Below the pieces are notes generated by a model. That model searched no databases. It worked only from the letters and a program-made list of their open reading frames with translations, and was not told the origin of the DNA. A DNA stretch of 64,000 nt from an uncultured Pelagibacteraceae bacterium (lineage in GTDB: Bacteria; Pseudomonadota; Alphaproteobacteria; Pelagibacterales; Pelagibacteraceae): positions 84,620 through 148,619 of the forward strand of contig CACGAV010000001.1 in NCBI GenBank assembly GCA_902571095.1, in the 5' to 3' direction. Positions 35,872 to 46,326 of this stretch are shown here, one piece after another (the first letter of the stretch is position 1; each line of letters starts with the position of its first letter). The position numbers and the translations under genes are program-made.

Positions 35872-36865
35872 ATTGACCTTTTAAGGTACATACGGCTAAC
35901 GCAAATCTGAGTGATCTGTTCCATTTTAAAATTTGCTCATAATTACTGAAAATAATATAAGCTGGTTTCAAGTTTTTTGCCCCAGGAATAATATCTTTAT
36001 CTGGAATGATAATGGCTGAATATATATTATCATTTACATTTAAAAGAGATTCAGGTGATTTTAGATATTTTTTAAAAAATTTAACTCTTTTTTTATTTTT
36101 AATTTTTTTTGCTGAACTATTGAGATATTTTTCAGGTATTCCATCTTTTAACTCAACTTCATAAAAGCATGGTTGATTTTTTTTCCATCCAATTCTTTTT
36201 AAATAATTTGCAGCTGATGCAAAAGAGTCTTCGATATTTTTGAGTTCAATATTTGAATTTTTATTATAATCAATCGCATATGTTTTAATAGTTGATGGCA
36301 TAAATTGAAAATTTCCAAATGCTCCAGCCCATGATCCATAAAGTATATTTTTATTAATTATTCCATCATCAATAAGTTTTAATAAAATAATTAACTCGTT
36401 TGTAAAGAAAGCACTTCTTCTTTTGTCATAACTTAGTGTTGCTAAAGATGAAATAATATCCATTTTACCAAGATATTTTCCATAATTGGTTTCTATACCC
36501 ATCAATGCAAGCAAAAGTTCCTTTTCAACCAGAAAATTTTCTTCAATTCTGTTTATTATTTTTTTTTGTTTTTTATATAAATACAAACCTTTTTTAACCC
36601 TCTCTGTGTTCGCTCTTTTTTTTACATATGTGCTTGTATCTTCATAAAATTCTGGTTGATACCTATCGTATTCAATTACTTTTGGTAAAAATTTTGCATC
36701 CTTTAAAGATATATCAACTGTTTGTTTTGAAATTCCTGAGTTAATAGCTTTTTTTTTAAAATCTTTTAGCCAGTAATCAAAGTTTTTACTTGTTTCTGCT
36801 TTTGAAAAATTTATTGGCAAAAAAACTAATACTAAAATGTTTAGAATATTTAATATTTTATTCAT
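35855..36865 (-). CDS. Lytic murein transglycosylase (MltB/SLT_2 family)
   Basis: LMGIETNYG (catalytic Glu) and GSWAGAFGNFQFMPST motifs. Signal peptide. Confidence 0.88.
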   Translation of the reverse strand: MNKILNILNILVLVFLPINFSKAETSKNFDYWLKDFKKKAINSGISKQTVDISLKDAKFLPKVIEYDRYQPEFYEDTSTYVKKRANTERVKKGLYLYKKQKKIINRIEENFLVEKELLLALMGIETNYGKYLGKMDIISSLATLSYDKRRSAFFTNELIILLKLIDDGIINKNILYGSWAGAFGNFQFMPSTIKTYAIDYNKNSNIELKNIEDSFASAANYLKRIGWKKNQPCFYEVELKDGIPEKYLNSSAKKIKNKKRVKFFKKYLKSPESLLNVNDNIYSAIIIPDKDIIPGAKNLKPAYIIFSNYEQILKWNRSLRFALAVCTLKGQFENEI

Positions 36866-36911
36866 TTTCGTGTATACCTAAAAACAATATATTAACTTAT
36901 AACGATTTCAA

Positions 36912-36940
36912 TTGATGATTTGACAAATTTTGCATATAAA
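36912..36940 (+). promoter_or_regulatory. Candidate sigma-70 promoter for tRNA-Ser
   Basis: TTGATG (36912-36917), 17-nt spacer, TATAAA (36935-36940), ending 10 nt before the tRNA 5' end. This is a weak argument in DNA this AT-rich. Confidence 0.3.
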
Positions 36941-36950
36941 ACGTTATTCC

Positions 36951-37040
36951 GGAGGGGTGGCTGAGCGGTTGAAAGCACTAGTCTTGAAAACTAGCAATGG
37001 GGCAACTCATTCGTGGGTTCGAATCCCACCCCCTCCGCCA
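36951..37040 (+). tRNA. tRNA-Ser (anticodon UGA), long variable arm, CCA encoded
   Basis: Acceptor GGAGGGG/CCCCTCC, anticodon stem CTAGT/ACTAG with loop CTTGAAA, long variable arm, T arm GTGGG-TTCGAAT-CCCAC. Confidence 0.95.
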
Positions 37041-37298
37041 TTAATCAATTTTAAAATTTTTTAATAATTTACTTACTTTGGTTTCAGAAATAACTTCTGA
37101 AAAGCTGTTAGCAGAATACCATTTAAATAAAATATCATCGTCTTTTTCTAAAATTTCATATAAATCCAATAGTTCATTATAATTAAATGTATTTATGTAT
37201 TTTTTAACAAATTTGCTCAGCAACAGGTCCATTTCTTTAAAACCTCTGTATTCTGCCCGGTATCTTATTTTTTTTTTAATAGAATCTATTTTTTTCAT
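37041..37298 (-). CDS. sdhE: FAD assembly factor SdhE (succinate dehydrogenase flavinylation factor)
   Basis: 85 aa with the RGxxE motif (YRGFKEMDLLL). Confidence 0.85.
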   Translation of the reverse strand: MKKIDSIKKKIRYRAEYRGFKEMDLLLSKFVKKYINTFNYNELLDLYEILEKDDDILFKWYSANSFSEVISETKVSKLLKNFKID

Positions 37299-37331
37299 TT
37301 TTTTTATAATTATATTATATGAATTATTACC

Positions 37332-39386
37332 ATGAATAAGAACAAAAACAGCTTTTTATTTAAAGATATATCATCACTAAAAGGTGTTGGGAAAATTACT
37401 AAAGCGTATTTAGAAAAGAAAAGAATTGAAAAAGTTAAAGATTTACTTTGTGATTTACCTCACTCGATTATTGATAGAAGTAAAATATCCAAAATTAAAG
37501 AATTAGAAATTGGTAAAATTGCAACTTTAAAAGTCAAGGTATCAAAGTATAATTTTCCACGAATAAGAAACCTTCCAAATAAAGTTATATGTTCAGATAA
37601 TGATAATAAAATTAATATAATTTTTTTTAATAGTTTTGAAGGTTATATAAGAAAAGTATTGCCAATAGGCAAAGATGTAATAATAAGTGGTAAAATTCAC
37701 TATTATAAAAAAAATTATCAAATAACAAATCCCACTTATATAAGATTGGCAGAACAAAAAGCAGAGTTGACAAAAATATTTCCAAAATATTCACTTACTG
37801 AAGGATTAAATGAAAAAATTTATAGAAGTTTAATTCATAATGTTATAAATAATATTTCGCATGATTATGATTGGTATAAAAAAGATTTCTTAAAAAAAAA
37901 TAATTTCAATAGATTAAAAACAACACTTAACAATCTTCATAATCCTGTAAAAAAAATTGATATATTTTCAAATGATTATAGACGACTAGCTTATGACGAA
38001 ATATTGGCTAATTTATTAGTATTATTATCGTCCAGGAAATCAGTAAGGTCAGCGACCAAATCAAAAAAAATATATCAAGATAAATTTTCAAAAATTCTTT
38101 TGAATAATTTTCCTTACAATTTAACAAATGATCAAAAACTAGTATTAAAAAGTCTCGATCAAGATTTAAAATCTGAAAAAAGAATGTTTAGATTATTACA
38201 AGGAGATGTTGGGTCAGGAAAAACTGTTTTGGCATTTTTAGCTGCAGCAAATGTCATTGAATCAGGGTATCAAGTTGCATTTATGGCACCAACCGAAATA
38301 CTTGCTAATCAGCATTTTGATCAAGCAAAAAAACTTTTTTCATCAATTAATATTAAAATTGAAATTTTAACTGGCAATACCTCATCAAAAAATAAAAAAA
38401 AAATTAAATTAGGGCTAGCTGATGGATCAATAAAATTATTGATTGGGACACACTCATTATTTCAAAAAAAAATTGATTTTTCAAATCTTGGTTTTATTAT
38501 AATTGATGAACAACATAAATTTGGGGTCAATCAAAGAGTTAGGCTTGCTAAAAAAGGTGGAGATAATTGTGATATATTATCAATGTCTGCAACACCAATT
38601 CCTAGAACTATGATGTTATCAATTTTTGGTGATATGGATTTATCTATTTTGAAAGAAAAACCCAAAAATCGCAAAAACATTATTACATTATTAAAACCTG
38701 AAAATAAAATTTCTGAAATATGGCCACTAATTAAAAAACAGCTTTCTGAAGATAAACAGGTTTTTTGGGTTTGCCCATTAATTGATGACTCAAAAAAACT
38801 TAATTATTCATCTGCAATAAAAAAATTTGAAATAATAAAAAAAAAATTCCCCAACGAATCCGGTCTTTTACATGGGAGTTTAGACAATCAAGAAAAGGAT
38901 AAAATACTTTTCAAATTTCTTAAAAAAGAAATTAAAATTTTAGTAAGCACAACAGTTATTGAGGTTGGAATTAATTTTCCTGATGCAAATATAATTGTTA
39001 TTGAAAATTCAAATAAATTTGGATTATCACAGTTACATCAACTTAGAGGTAGGGTCGGTAGAGGTATACATGAATCTTATTGCATCATGCTTTATAAAAA
39101 TAATTTAAGTCAAAATGCAAAAAAAAGATTAAAAATCTTAAGAAAAACAAATGACGGCTTTTTAATTGCTGATGAGGATTTAAAAATTAGAGGACATGGA
39201 GATATATTGGGCTTTCAACAAAGTGGTATTAAAGATTTTAGGTTTGCAGATCCTATTCATCATAAAGATCTTTTTTTGCTAGCAGAAAAACAAATTAAAA
39301 ATATGAATATTAAAGATTTTAAAAACTACGAAGATCTTATTAATTTTTATGATAGAGTGAATTTAGTTAACGATATAGCTAACTAA
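37332..39386 (+). CDS. recG: ATP-dependent DNA helicase RecG
   Basis: Wedge/OB N terminus. Walker A GDVGSGKT, DEQH box, SATPIPRT, and QLHQLRGRVGRG. Confidence 0.95.
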   Translation: MNKNKNSFLFKDISSLKGVGKITKAYLEKKRIEKVKDLLCDLPHSIIDRSKISKIKELEIGKIATLKVKVSKYNFPRIRNLPNKVICSDNDNKINIIFFNSFEGYIRKVLPIGKDVIISGKIHYYKKNYQITNPTYIRLAEQKAELTKIFPKYSLTEGLNEKIYRSLIHNVINNISHDYDWYKKDFLKKNNFNRLKTTLNNLHNPVKKIDIFSNDYRRLAYDEILANLLVLLSSRKSVRSATKSKKIYQDKFSKILLNNFPYNLTNDQKLVLKSLDQDLKSEKRMFRLLQGDVGSGKTVLAFLAAANVIESGYQVAFMAPTEILANQHFDQAKKLFSSINIKIEILTGNTSSKNKKKIKLGLADGSIKLLIGTHSLFQKKIDFSNLGFIIIDEQHKFGVNQRVRLAKKGGDNCDILSMSATPIPRTMMLSIFGDMDLSILKEKPKNRKNIITLLKPENKISEIWPLIKKQLSEDKQVFWVCPLIDDSKKLNYSSAIKKFEIIKKKFPNESGLLHGSLDNQEKDKILFKFLKKEIKILVSTTVIEVGINFPDANIIVIENSNKFGLSQLHQLRGRVGRGIHESYCIMLYKNNLSQNAKKRLKILRKTNDGFLIADEDLKIRGHGDILGFQQSGIKDFRFADPIHHKDLFLLAEKQIKNMNIKDFKNYEDLINFYDRVNLVNDIAN

Positions 39387-39388
39387 AA

Positions 39389-40000
39389 CTAAGGATTTGT
39401 GCTACCTGCTGATACTATAAATTTTGATGCCTCTTCAAAAGACATCTCTAAATAAATTATTTCATTTTTAGGAAACATTAATAAAAATCCACTTGTTGGA
39501 TTAGGTGTGGTTGGCACAAAAACATTTATTAATTCAACGTTAGTTTTCTTTTTAATCTCACCAGTATTTTCTTTTGTAGCAAAACCAACAGCCCAAACTC
39601 CTTTTCTTGGATATTCAACTAATACTACATTTTTTTTATCTGACTTACTTTTTGTAAAAGTTTCAATTAATTGATTTACTGCAGAGTATATAGTTCTCAA
39701 AATTGGAATTTTATTTAAGATGGCCTCAAATACATCAAATAGTTTTTTGCCAATGAATGATAAAGACAGCCACCCAATGAAGGTTATTAGAACAACTGAA
39801 ATTACAATTTCTAAACCAGGAATGTTATATGGCAAGTAATGATTGGGGTTAATTTCTTTTGGCAATATATTAGAAGAAATTTTGATAATAAATAATGTTA
39901 GATATAGAGTAATTCCTATTGGAATTAACACTACTATTCCTGCAATAAAATTATTACGTAAGGATGTAAAAAACGTTTTTTTTCCTTTTTTTTTAACCAT
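39389..40000 (-). CDS. DUF502-family membrane protein
   Basis: Two N-terminal TM segments and the conserved ..IP..R.IY..V.Q.. and ..P.PTSGF.. patterns. Confidence 0.75.
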   Translation of the reverse strand: MVKKKGKKTFFTSLRNNFIAGIVVLIPIGITLYLTLFIIKISSNILPKEINPNHYLPYNIPGLEIVISVVLITFIGWLSLSFIGKKLFDVFEAILNKIPILRTIYSAVNQLIETFTKSKSDKKNVVLVEYPRKGVWAVGFATKENTGEIKKKTNVELINVFVPTTPNPTSGFLLMFPKNEIIYLEMSFEEASKFIVSAGSTNP

Positions 40001-40051
40001 TTAAACTATACTTTCAAATACATATTGTATTTTTTATGTTAAAATCCCTAG

Positions 40052-40900
40052 ATGAAAAAAAATTATAGCATAAATAGAAGAAAATTTCTTGAACTTTTTG
40101 GTTGTTCTTGTGGAGGATTCATAGCTACTTCTTGCGGTACAGTTCCAATCACTGAAAGAAAACAGTTTACCCTGTACCCCGAAAGTACCATTAATAGACA
40201 AGCGGCAAAAGCTTACAATCAATTAAAAAATTCAAAAAAAATTAAATTGATTAATAAAGGCAAAGATTTAAATAATGTAATAGATATTGGAGAAAATATT
40301 GCAAAATCAGTTTCTATTTTCTTTAGAAGAAAAGAAATGACTGATCCTACGGCAAATTTTGATTGGGAATATATTTTGATCGATGACAAAAAAGTTAAAA
40401 ACGCCTGGTGTATGCCAGGTGGCAAAATAGCTGTTTACACAGGAATACTTGAAGTGGCAAAAAATAAACACGGCCTAGCTACTATTATGGGACATGAAAT
40501 TGCTCATGCTGTTGCCAAACACTCTGTTGAAAGGATGAGTGCTGCTATGGCTGTAAATGTTACAACTCAAGTAGTGGATATATTTACTGGTGGAAAAGTA
40601 TCACAAACACGTAATACGATTGGTAGAGCTACAGGTATGGATGTTTTGCAATTGGGTATCATGAATCCTTTTGGAAGAAAACAAGAAACAGAGGCAGATT
40701 ATTTAGGTTTAATTTTTTCATCATTATCAGGATACAATATAAAAGAATCTGTTGGATTGTGGGAAAGAATGAGAGAAGCAAACAAAGGAAAAGAGCCTCC
40801 GCAATTTCTTAGCACTCATCCATCAAGTAAAAATAGAATTAAAAATTTAAACGGTTGGGTTAATGAGGTGTTGCTTGAATATCCACCTATTAAAGTTTGA
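40052..40900 (+). CDS. M48-family zinc metallopeptidase, probable Tat-exported lipoprotein
   Basis: HEIAH zinc motif (GHEIAHAV). N-terminal NRRKFLE twin-arginine-like motif followed by Cys-containing lipobox-like segments. Confidence 0.85.
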   Translation: MKKNYSINRRKFLELFGCSCGGFIATSCGTVPITERKQFTLYPESTINRQAAKAYNQLKNSKKIKLINKGKDLNNVIDIGENIAKSVSIFFRRKEMTDPTANFDWEYILIDDKKVKNAWCMPGGKIAVYTGILEVAKNKHGLATIMGHEIAHAVAKHSVERMSAAMAVNVTTQVVDIFTGGKVSQTRNTIGRATGMDVLQLGIMNPFGRKQETEADYLGLIFSSLSGYNIKESVGLWERMREANKGKEPPQFLSTHPSSKNRIKNLNGWVNEVLLEYPPIKV

Positions 40901-40908
40901 ATAATAAG

Positions 40909-40984
40909 TGGTGAGCCCTGATGGACTCGAACCATCGACACCTTCCTTAAAAGGGAAGTGCTCTACCAACTGAGCTAAGGGCCC
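40909..40984 (-). tRNA. tRNA-Lys (anticodon UUU), CCA encoded
   Basis: The reverse complement folds as GGGCCCT.. acceptor, anticodon stem CTTCC/GGAAG with loop CTTTTAA, T arm GATGG-TTCGAGT-CCATC. Confidence 0.95.
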
Positions 40985-41027
40985 AAAAGAATCAACTTTT
41001 ATATTTAAAATAATAAAATTTCAATTG

Positions 41028-42143
41028 TTAATTATACTTATCTATATTTTTTTCATAAAATGCGTCAAATGTGCCCTTTTGTATTTCTTCACGTATTTTA
41101 CACATAAATTCCTGATAAAAATTAATATTATTTAACGATAAAATCATTGACGCTAAAATTTCATTGCTATTAGCCAAATGATTAAGGTAACTTTTTGAGT
41201 ATTTGTTCAGATACCGTATTTTGCATTTTTCATCTAAAGGAGTGTCGTCATTTTTATATTTAGAATTTTTAATATTAATTTTTCCACTCCAAGTAAAAGC
41301 TAAACCAGTCCTTCCAGATCTAGTTGGCATAACACAATCAAACATATCAATACCAGACTTCACAGCACCCAAAATATCAGATGGAGTTCCTACACCCATT
41401 AAATACCTTGGTTTATCTTTTGGCAAAAATTTTACTGTATTAATTAACACTTTAAACATATCAGATTGGGTTTCGCCAACAGCAAGACCTCCCATTGCAT
41501 AGCCATCGAAACCTATTTTTAGTAATTTATTTAAACTTTCCTCTCTTAGATCTGGAAATATTCCACCCTGAACTATACCAAATAATGATTTATTTTTTTG
41601 ATCGTTAAATTCAACTTTGCATCTTTCAGCCCAATGTGAGGATGTATCAATTGCTTTTGAAATTATTTTTTTATCCCTAGTCATTTTAGGGCATTCATCC
41701 AAAACCATTAATATATCTGAGTTAATTGATTTTTGAATTTGGATACTTTTTTCTGGACTTAATAAAAATTTTTTACCGTCTAAGTGTGAAGAAAAAGTTG
41801 CACCTAATTTTTTATCGATTTTATTAAGTTTCGAAAGTGACATAATTTGAAAACCACCAGAATCAGTTAAAATAGGTTTATGCCAATTCATATAGTTATG
41901 AAGTCCATCAAATTTTTCTAGGATTTTAATACCTGGTCTTAGAAATAAATGATAAGTGTTACCGAGTATAATTTGAGTACCAGTTTTTATTATATCATCA
42001 GTAAAAATTCCCTTGATAGTTCCTGCGGTACCTACGGGCATAAAAGTTGGGGTATCAATAATCCCTCTTTGCGTGTGAATTTTGCCTAATCTTCCGCCAC
42101 TATCAGTTTTTATTAATTCAAAAAAATTTTTTTTTGAATTCAT
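41028..42143 (-). CDS. tgt: tRNA-guanine transglycosylase (queuine tRNA-ribosyltransferase)
   Basis: TPTFMPVGT, LTDSGGFQ, GGLAVGE and CVMPTR motifs. Confidence 0.95.
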   Translation of the reverse strand: MNSKKNFFELIKTDSGGRLGKIHTQRGIIDTPTFMPVGTAGTIKGIFTDDIIKTGTQIILGNTYHLFLRPGIKILEKFDGLHNYMNWHKPILTDSGGFQIMSLSKLNKIDKKLGATFSSHLDGKKFLLSPEKSIQIQKSINSDILMVLDECPKMTRDKKIISKAIDTSSHWAERCKVEFNDQKNKSLFGIVQGGIFPDLREESLNKLLKIGFDGYAMGGLAVGETQSDMFKVLINTVKFLPKDKPRYLMGVGTPSDILGAVKSGIDMFDCVMPTRSGRTGLAFTWSGKINIKNSKYKNDDTPLDEKCKIRYLNKYSKSYLNHLANSNEILASMILSLNNINFYQEFMCKIREEIQKGTFDAFYEKNIDKYN

Positions 42144-42149
42144 TGAAAA

Positions 42150-42710
42150 TTATTTTACTGTAGAAAATTTTATAATTTTGTCAGGATTTTCGACCAAACC
42201 ATTTGGTCCGTCTCCTTTTTTTATTTTATCAACAAACTCCATACCTTTAACCACTTTACCAAAGACTGTATAATTTCTATCAAGATGAGGTGTTGATTGA
42301 AAACAAATAAAAAATTGACTATTGCCACTATCAGGATTTGAAGATCTAGCCATAGATAAAGTTCCTCTTTCGTGAGGGATATCATTAAATTCAGCTTTAA
42401 GGTCTGGTAGATTTGATGAGCCGGTACCAGCTCGATCTAGATTAAATGTTTCTTTATTAGTATTACCAAATTGAACATCACCTGTTTGGGCCATAAATCC
42501 CTCAATTACTCTATGAAAGACCACCCCATCATACTCTTTGTTGGAAGCCAAATTAATGATTCTTTCAACATGTTTCGGAGCAACTTCTTGGAAAAGTTCT
42601 ATTTCTAATTTTCCATCTTTAAGTTCTAATATCATTTTTTGATTATCCGCCATAAGAGTATTATTGTATATTATAAAAATTAAAGAAATAAATACAATTA
42701 CTTTTTTCAT
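42150..42710 (-). CDS. Cyclophilin-type peptidyl-prolyl cis-trans isomerase, secreted
   Basis: Signal peptide. FHRVIEGFMAQTGD, GTLSMAR, and SQFFI motifs. Confidence 0.92.
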   Translation of the reverse strand: MKKVIVFISLIFIIYNNTLMADNQKMILELKDGKLEIELFQEVAPKHVERIINLASNKEYDGVVFHRVIEGFMAQTGDVQFGNTNKETFNLDRAGTGSSNLPDLKAEFNDIPHERGTLSMARSSNPDSGNSQFFICFQSTPHLDRNYTVFGKVVKGMEFVDKIKKGDGPNGLVENPDKIIKFSTVK

Positions 42711-43201
42711 TTTAATTTTTCTTTAATTAATCTAATTACCGATTTTGAAACAAATTTTCTTAAGTCGCCATTTAACGTTGCTATTTCTTTAATAAACTTT
42801 GAGGAAATTATTTCATTCTCAATATCAGACATAAGAAATACGGTCTCTATACTTTTGTCTAGCTTTTTATTCATACCTGCTAGTTGAAATTCATACTCAA
42901 AATCTGAAACAGCCCTTAGACCCCTGATAATCATTGAGGCGTTATATTTTTTACAAAGTTTAACAGTCAATTCATCAAAAGAGACTATTTTAATATTTTT
43001 TTTATTAAGCTTTAAATCTTTAAACAAAGATGCTTTTAATAAATTAATTCTTTCCTCTACTGTAAACAAGTAATCTTTGTCTGAAGAGTCTGTTGTAGCA
43101 ACAATTAATTTATCTACGATTTTTAAAGATTTTTTAATTACATCTATATGGCCGTAAGTAATAGGATCAAAAGTTCCGGGATAAATAGCGATTCTTGGCA
43201 T
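42707..43201 (-). CDS. coaD: Phosphopantetheine adenylyltransferase
   Basis: YPGTFDPITYGH nucleotidyltransferase motif. 164 aa. Confidence 0.93.
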   Translation of the reverse strand: MPRIAIYPGTFDPITYGHIDVIKKSLKIVDKLIVATTDSSDKDYLFTVEERINLLKASLFKDLKLNKKNIKIVSFDELTVKLCKKYNASMIIRGLRAVSDFEYEFQLAGMNKKLDKSIETVFLMSDIENEIISSKFIKEIATLNGDLRKFVSKSVIRLIKEKLK

Positions 43202-45774
43202 TAGACAATATTATCTTCTATCTTTATAGCAGATACAACCTTTTCTTCTCCTGAAAGTTTAATTATCCTTACTCCTTGAGTATTCCTTCCTGCTATACGA
43301 ATTTGGTTAACTGGACATCTAATAACTCTACCTTTATCTGTAGATAAAATAATTTCATCTGAGTTTGAAACTATTAGAGTTGAATTTACATTTCCATTTC
43401 TTTTTGAGTTTACTATTCCTATAATTCCTTTTCCTCCTCTATTGGTAACTCGAAAGTCTGTAAAAGATGTTCTTTTTCCATAGCCATTTTCAGTAATAGA
43501 CAAAATATACTTATCTAATGGCACTTTTTTGGAGCCATTTTTTTTAATTTGAGATTGTGATTCTTTTGAATTATCTAAAATTGATAATGAAATAACATTA
43601 TCATTTTCAGCCAAATCTATTCCTCTAATTCCTTTTGAAGATCTCCCTTTAAATAGTCTCAATTTTTTTGACATAAATCTAATACACTTGCCAAATTTAG
43701 TTCCCAAGACAATATCCTGGTCTTCTTTACACTTTTCAACAGCAATAATTCTATCATTTTCATCTAATTTCATTGCAATTTTTCCACTTGCATTAATATT
43801 GATAAAATCCCCCAAAGAGTTTTTTCTAACTTTTCCATTTGCGGTTACAAAAACTACATAAAGTTTTTTCCACTCATCTTCATTTTCAGGAAGTAACATT
43901 GTAGAGGTTATAGACTGATGCGTTTTAAGTGGCAGAAGATTAAACAATGATTTACCCTTAGAGTTTAAGCTGCCCTTAGGTATTTTCCATGCCTTTAGTT
44001 TATAAGCTAGTCCTTGTGAAGAAAAAAAAAGTACCTGACTGTGTGAATTTCCTGATAAAATTCTAACAACAAAATCTTCTTCCCTTGTAGTTATACCAGT
44101 TTTTCCTTTTCCTCCCCTCTTTTGAGTTTTAACAGAGGAAAGAGAACCTCTTTTGATATACCCTTGGTTTGTAATATTAATAACAACGGATTCTTTTTGA
44201 ATAGTTTCTTCAATATTATAATTTAAAACTGCATCTATAATTTTTGTTCTCCTTTTTACAGAAAACTTATTTTTAATATCTTCTAATTCTTTAATAATTA
44301 ATCCAAATAATTCTTTTTTAGATTTAAGGATTTTATTAAAATAAATAATTAATTCAGAGAGTTTTTTTATTTCTTCTTCGATTTCATTAATACCAAAAGC
44401 TGTTAATTTTTGTAATCTTAAATCTAAAATTGAATTCACCTGACTTTCGCTTAGTTGGTATTTCGTAATACTCTGTTTTTTTTCAATAAGTGAAACTAAT
44501 TTGGAGCTTTTTTTTATTGTCCATTTTTTACCAAGAATATTCTTTTTAGCTGTATCCGTGTCTTTTGAGGATTTGATAATTTTAATTACGCTGTCAATAT
44601 TTTCAACTGCGGTTGCTATACCAATTAAAATATGTGCCCTTTCTTCAGTTTTGCTTAAATCGTAACGAATTCTTCTTATTACAGTTTTTTCTCGAAAACT
44701 AACAAATTCAGAAATAAAATCTTTAAGTCCTAAAATTTTAGGTTTTCCGTCTACTATTGCTAAAGTATTAAAACCGAACGATGATTCAACAGATGTAAGT
44801 TTATATAATTGTCTTCTAACTGTCTCTGGTTCAACACCACGTCTTAGATCAACTACTACTCTGATTCCATCTTTATTAGACTCGTCTCTAATATCACTCA
44901 CACCCTCTATTTTTTTTTCTCTTGAAAGCTCAGCAATTTTTTCATTAAGGGTAGATTTATTTACTTGGTAAGGAATAGATTTAATTATTAATCTAGATTT
45001 ACCATTTTTTAATTCTTCTTGGTCAATTTCACCTCTAATTTTAAAAGACCCCCTACCTTTGTTGTATCCCTGTTTTAATATATCTTTACCTATTATTATT
45101 CCTCCAGTTGGAAAATCTGGGCCAGGAATATACTTCATTAATTGTGAAGTTGTTATATCTCTATTTTTAATAAAATTTATTGTTCCATTTATTACTTCAC
45201 CCAAATTATGCGGTGGTATACTTGTCGCCATTCCAACTGCAATTCCACCTGCTCCATTAACTAATAAATTTGGAAATTGAGAGGGAAGAACTGTTGGCTC
45301 TCTCTCAGTATCATCGTAATTATTTCTATAATCGATAGTATTTTTTTCTAAGCCTTCAGTTAGGAATTCTGAAACTTTGGATAATTTGGTCTCAGTATAT
45401 CTCATTGCAGCAGGCGGATCTCCATCGATTGATCCAAAATTTCCTTGTCCGTCAATTAAAGGTAGACTCATTGAAAAATCCTGAACAAGTCTTACTAAAG
45501 CATCATAAACAGCTTGGTCACCATGGGGATGATATTTACCAATTACATCACCTACTATTCTAGCGGATTTACGAAATGGCTTACTCCAATCATAACCGCC
45601 TTTATACATTGCAAAAATAATTCTTCGATGAACAGGTTTTAATCCATCTCTAACATCTGGTAAAGCTCTACTTACAATTACGCTCATTGCGTATGATAAG
45701 TAGGATGAGCTCATTTCTTGATGAACAAATATAGGTTTGTAATTAGAAATATTTTTTACTTCTGTTTTTTGCAT
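43201..45774 (-). CDS. gyrA: DNA gyrase subunit A
   Basis: [17 protein letters not shown], the QRDR region ([14 protein letters not shown]), and catalytic Tyr context AMRYTE. Confidence 0.97.
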   Translation of the reverse strand: MQKTEVKNISNYKPIFVHQEMSSSYLSYAMSVIVSRALPDVRDGLKPVHRRIIFAMYKGGYDWSKPFRKSARIVGDVIGKYHPHGDQAVYDALVRLVQDFSMSLPLIDGQGNFGSIDGDPPAAMRYTETKLSKVSEFLTEGLEKNTIDYRNNYDDTEREPTVLPSQFPNLLVNGAGGIAVGMATSIPPHNLGEVINGTINFIKNRDITTSQLMKYIPGPDFPTGGIIIGKDILKQGYNKGRGSFKIRGEIDQEELKNGKSRLIIKSIPYQVNKSTLNEKIAELSREKKIEGVSDIRDESNKDGIRVVVDLRRGVEPETVRRQLYKLTSVESSFGFNTLAIVDGKPKILGLKDFISEFVSFREKTVIRRIRYDLSKTEERAHILIGIATAVENIDSVIKIIKSSKDTDTAKKNILGKKWTIKKSSKLVSLIEKKQSITKYQLSESQVNSILDLRLQKLTAFGINEIEEEIKKLSELIIYFNKILKSKKELFGLIIKELEDIKNKFSVKRRTKIIDAVLNYNIEETIQKESVVINITNQGYIKRGSLSSVKTQKRGGKGKTGITTREEDFVVRILSGNSHSQVLFFSSQGLAYKLKAWKIPKGSLNSKGKSLFNLLPLKTHQSITSTMLLPENEDEWKKLYVVFVTANGKVRKNSLGDFININASGKIAMKLDENDRIIAVEKCKEDQDIVLGTKFGKCIRFMSKKLRLFKGRSSKGIRGIDLAENDNVISLSILDNSKESQSQIKKNGSKKVPLDKYILSITENGYGKRTSFTDFRVTNRGGKGIIGIVNSKRNGNVNSTLIVSNSDEIILSTDKGRVIRCPVNQIRIAGRNTQGVRIIKLSGEEKVVSAIKIEDNIV

Positions 45775-45778
45775 TTAT

Positions 45779-46237
45779 TTAAAAAGGTATTTCGTCATCG
45801 AGGTCAGAATTATCTTGAGATACCTCATCATTAGGTAAAGAACTTTTGTCTTTGGAAGCTTCATTAGAATTAACAGAATTAGCTTTTCCACCAAGCATAG
45901 TTAATGAGGAGTTGTAGCCTTGTAAAACAATTTCGGTTGAATATTTATCTTGTCCGGATTTTTCATCTTTCCACTTCCTAGTACTTAATTGTCCTTCAAG
46001 ATAAATATTGGCACCTTTTTTTAAATATTGCTGAACAACGTTCACTAAGCCTTCATTAAATATTACAACCCTATGCCATTCTGTTTTTTCTTTTCGTTCG
46101 CCTGTGGATTTGTCCTTCCAGCTTTGGCTAGTGGCAACACTTAGTCTTGCGACGTTTTTACCATTAACCATTTGCTTAATTTCTGGGTCTGCCCCAAGTC
46201 TTCCTATAAGTTGTACTTTATTTAAGCTTCCTGACAT
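45779..46237 (-). CDS. ssb: Single-stranded DNA-binding protein
   Basis: OB-fold N terminus (LNKVQLIGRLGADPE..TEWHRVV) and acidic tail ending DDEIPF. Confidence 0.95.
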   Translation of the reverse strand: MSGSLNKVQLIGRLGADPEIKQMVNGKNVARLSVATSQSWKDKSTGERKEKTEWHRVVIFNEGLVNVVQQYLKKGANIYLEGQLSTRKWKDEKSGQDKYSTEIVLQGYNSSLTMLGGKANSVNSNEASKDKSSLPNDEVSQDNSDLDDEIPF

Positions 46238-46326
46238 AAATACTTAGATTTATAATATTGATAAAAATATTTATAACATATTTGGATTGTAAATATAAGC
46301 TCATTCTGTTTTAAGGTGAATAAAAT

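Noticed and set aside
46238-46326. An SOS (LexA) box in the divergent ssb/uvrA control region.
   Set aside because: Neither the alphaproteobacterial GTTC-N7-GTTC / GAAC-N7-GAAC motif nor a CTGT-N8-ACAG motif is present in the 89-nt spacer.
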